This document shows, piece by piece, positions 35,120 through 36,785 of a DNA stretch of 36,785 bases. This DNA comes from Cystobasidiomycetes sp. EMM_F5 (taxonomy: Eukaryota), in the NCBI GenBank assembly GCA_051047955.1, contig JBPGPT010000025.1:186001-222785 (forward strand). Direction: 5' to 3'. The position numbers and the translations under genes were made by a program. Position 1 is the stretch's first letter. The number at the start of each line of letters is the position of its first letter. Below the pieces are notes generated by a model. That model made no database searches. It had not been told where the DNA came from and saw nothing but the letters and a program-made list of their open reading frames with translations.

Positions 35120-35419
35120 TTACGACCTGCTGGCAGCTCGAGCTTCTTCCACTTGAATAGCTCGCGCGAGGGCTTCGCTATCAGCCTTTGCCTGTTCCGA
35201 GTGCTGTTGGAGCCTTTCTGCGTGTCCACGGCGCAGCAGCTGCTGCAAATGTCGCTCCGGGGGCAGGTTCTTGTCCTGGGCGAGCTTGAAGGCCAGCAGT
35301 CCCGACATTGCCCCCCAGGCGAGGTCGGCGTATCTTGAGCCAGTGCGCCGTCAGCCGTGTCTGCGGTTGTTGTTATTGTGCTTTTGCTGCGTCGCGGCTC
35401 ACTTTCCAATCAAATACAT
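35120..35419 (-). CDS. NCE101: Non-classical export protein 1 (Nce101)-like small membrane protein, 76 aa
   Basis: 17-nt exon 1 (35419-35403), intron 35402-35334, exon 2 to 35120: MYLIGKYADLAWGAMSGLLAFKLAQDKNLPPERHLQQLLRRG..., resembling the Nce101 pattern YLI-x-K-xx-D-(TM)...L-x-x-LL. Confidence 0.62.
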
Positions 35420-35713
35420 GGCCTTTGGTTTGGTAGAGAGACAAGGTGAAAAGCGGAGAAGTCATACCGCAAAAGTACAACAGATCAAGCCAAGAATGGG
35501 TCTGCAGCGTACGGCAGTTCTTTTAGATTAGTCTAGTGTGTGTGTGTATTCAAGGCGACTATCGTATACCCAGCGAGAACGTGCATTCCATAGCCAGGCC
35601 ATTTGGGCTTGCATTTGCCTAGGAGATGTGTGAAGAATGGGTGTGGTGCCCAGTCATACTCGGTCGTTTATGTTAGCAGCCATCTTGCGCTCCTCTGAGT
35701 AAAAAGGAAGTCT

Positions 35714-36700
35714 TCACATCGATTTGCGCCACATGGTGCGCAACAGCGGATTGAGCATGTCTTCTTTGGCTCTGCCGAGCCGCACATACCGCTTGTTTTT
35801 GCGTGTGTACCTGAAGAGGGCGTTGAGACTGGAGGTAGACGTCATGAGATACTTGGCTCAGCGGGCATAACGTCAAGCTGTGAATGAAACAGCTGCATGC
35901 CCTCACCTTTCGAAGATTCTGAACTCCTCATCGTCGAGCTCGCCTGTTTCGTGCAGGATGTAGTCGAGTATGTTGACAAATGCATACTGCTTCAACAAAG
36001 TGCGGCATCCGTTAAGAGTGGTGGGAAGGTCGAGCAGAGTTGGAGGAAAATGCGATGGGCGCTTGAGAAGGCCGGTAGCGCCTCGAACAGTGGATACCTC
36101 GCTGTCAGAGTAGGCTACTGTAGATTGGTCTCCGTCGCTGTCACTTCGGCTGCTCAAGTATTCGGTGTCTTCGTCGCCCTCGGGTTTACAGATACGAAAA
36201 CCGATGAGCAGAGCCTGCCAGACAAGCAGTTTGCGCTCGCGGAGGGAGAGTTGGACATCCGAAGCGGCTGAAGAGTCTGTAGAGATCGAGAAAAGGCCTC
36301 TGTCGTGTAGAAAATCGCTTCGGATGAGCGACGCTCCTGTTAGAGTCAACGGAGTGCTAGTTGAGCAGACGGAGGTATGCGAATCGACTTTTGCAGATGA
36401 TAACACTGACGCCAAGGAGGGCGGGGCACTAATCTTGCCATTGGCTGCTCGGCCGTCTGGAACTGTGCGCAGGTTTCTTTGTGTAAGACCAGCGGAGGGT
36501 CCGTGCGACTGCGTGCTGCTGATGCTGCTGGAATTAGCGGCGCTAGTCGACGTGTTAGATGTCACGGTGGACAGCGATACAGCAGTAAGAACAGGCTTGA
36601 TATCTTGCTCGGATTTTGGTCGAGCGGCTGGCGTCGTTGTCCGTCTGCCGTTGATGTTGAGCGAGCGGACTGCTGCCTCGAGGCCGTCGATGGCAGTCAT
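35714..36700 (-). CDS. Conserved fungal hypothetical protein
   Basis: Intron 35906-35829 extends the 265-aa ORF with SLNALFRYTRKNKRYVRLGRAKEDMLNPLLRTMWRKSM*. The motif WQALLI..LPTTLNGCRTLLKQYAFVNILDY..FESLNALFRYT resembles an uncharacterised fungal domain. Confidence 0.72.
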
Positions 36701-36785
36701 CGTCTGCGTGGAGGTATTCTGCAGAGGAGTGAAAACACGTTAGTCGATTGTTGTATGTAGTATAGGTTTGCAAGTGGCGCTCGGG

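Noticed and set aside
36165..36743. 192-aa plus-strand ORF
   Set aside because: Antisense shadow of the minus-strand hypothetical gene.

Overview
Gene-dense, intron-rich fungal nuclear DNA, most likely a compact basidiomycete genome (inference from 50-110 nt introns with GTGAGT/GTGCGT/GTGGGC donors, CTRAC branch points and the gene families present). Manual splicing supports about 15 protein-coding genes: MOT1 5' end (-), SDH5 (+), a TPR-F-box-LRR protein of Pof3/Dia2 type (-), a cyclase-family protein (+), an MFS transporter (-), a small secreted 4-Cys protein (-), an Nto1/BRPF-like chromatin scaffold (+), histone H3 (-), an OSCA/TMEM63 channel (+), two single-pass membrane proteins (+), an Sds3/Dep1-like protein (+), SAS10/UTP3 (-), the U2AF large subunit (+), an NCE101-like small protein (-) and a conserved fungal hypothetical (-). 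I saw no mobile element, CRISPR array or RNA gene. Most notable: (1) a tandem array of five GCTGAC branch-point motifs plus tandem acceptors inside an intron of the U2AF65 gene itself; (2) three ARTR-x-M-x-AAEAAL repeats and a TARKS motif resembling the H3 tail in the Nto1/BRPF linker, next to the H3 gene; (3) GC-AG introns with competing frameshifting GT donors in H3 and OSCA; (4) phased GATTAGAAA repeats and a CATTCC cluster in promoters; (5) orphan intron-like elements in two intergenic gaps. All gene models were derived by eye; no database search was run.
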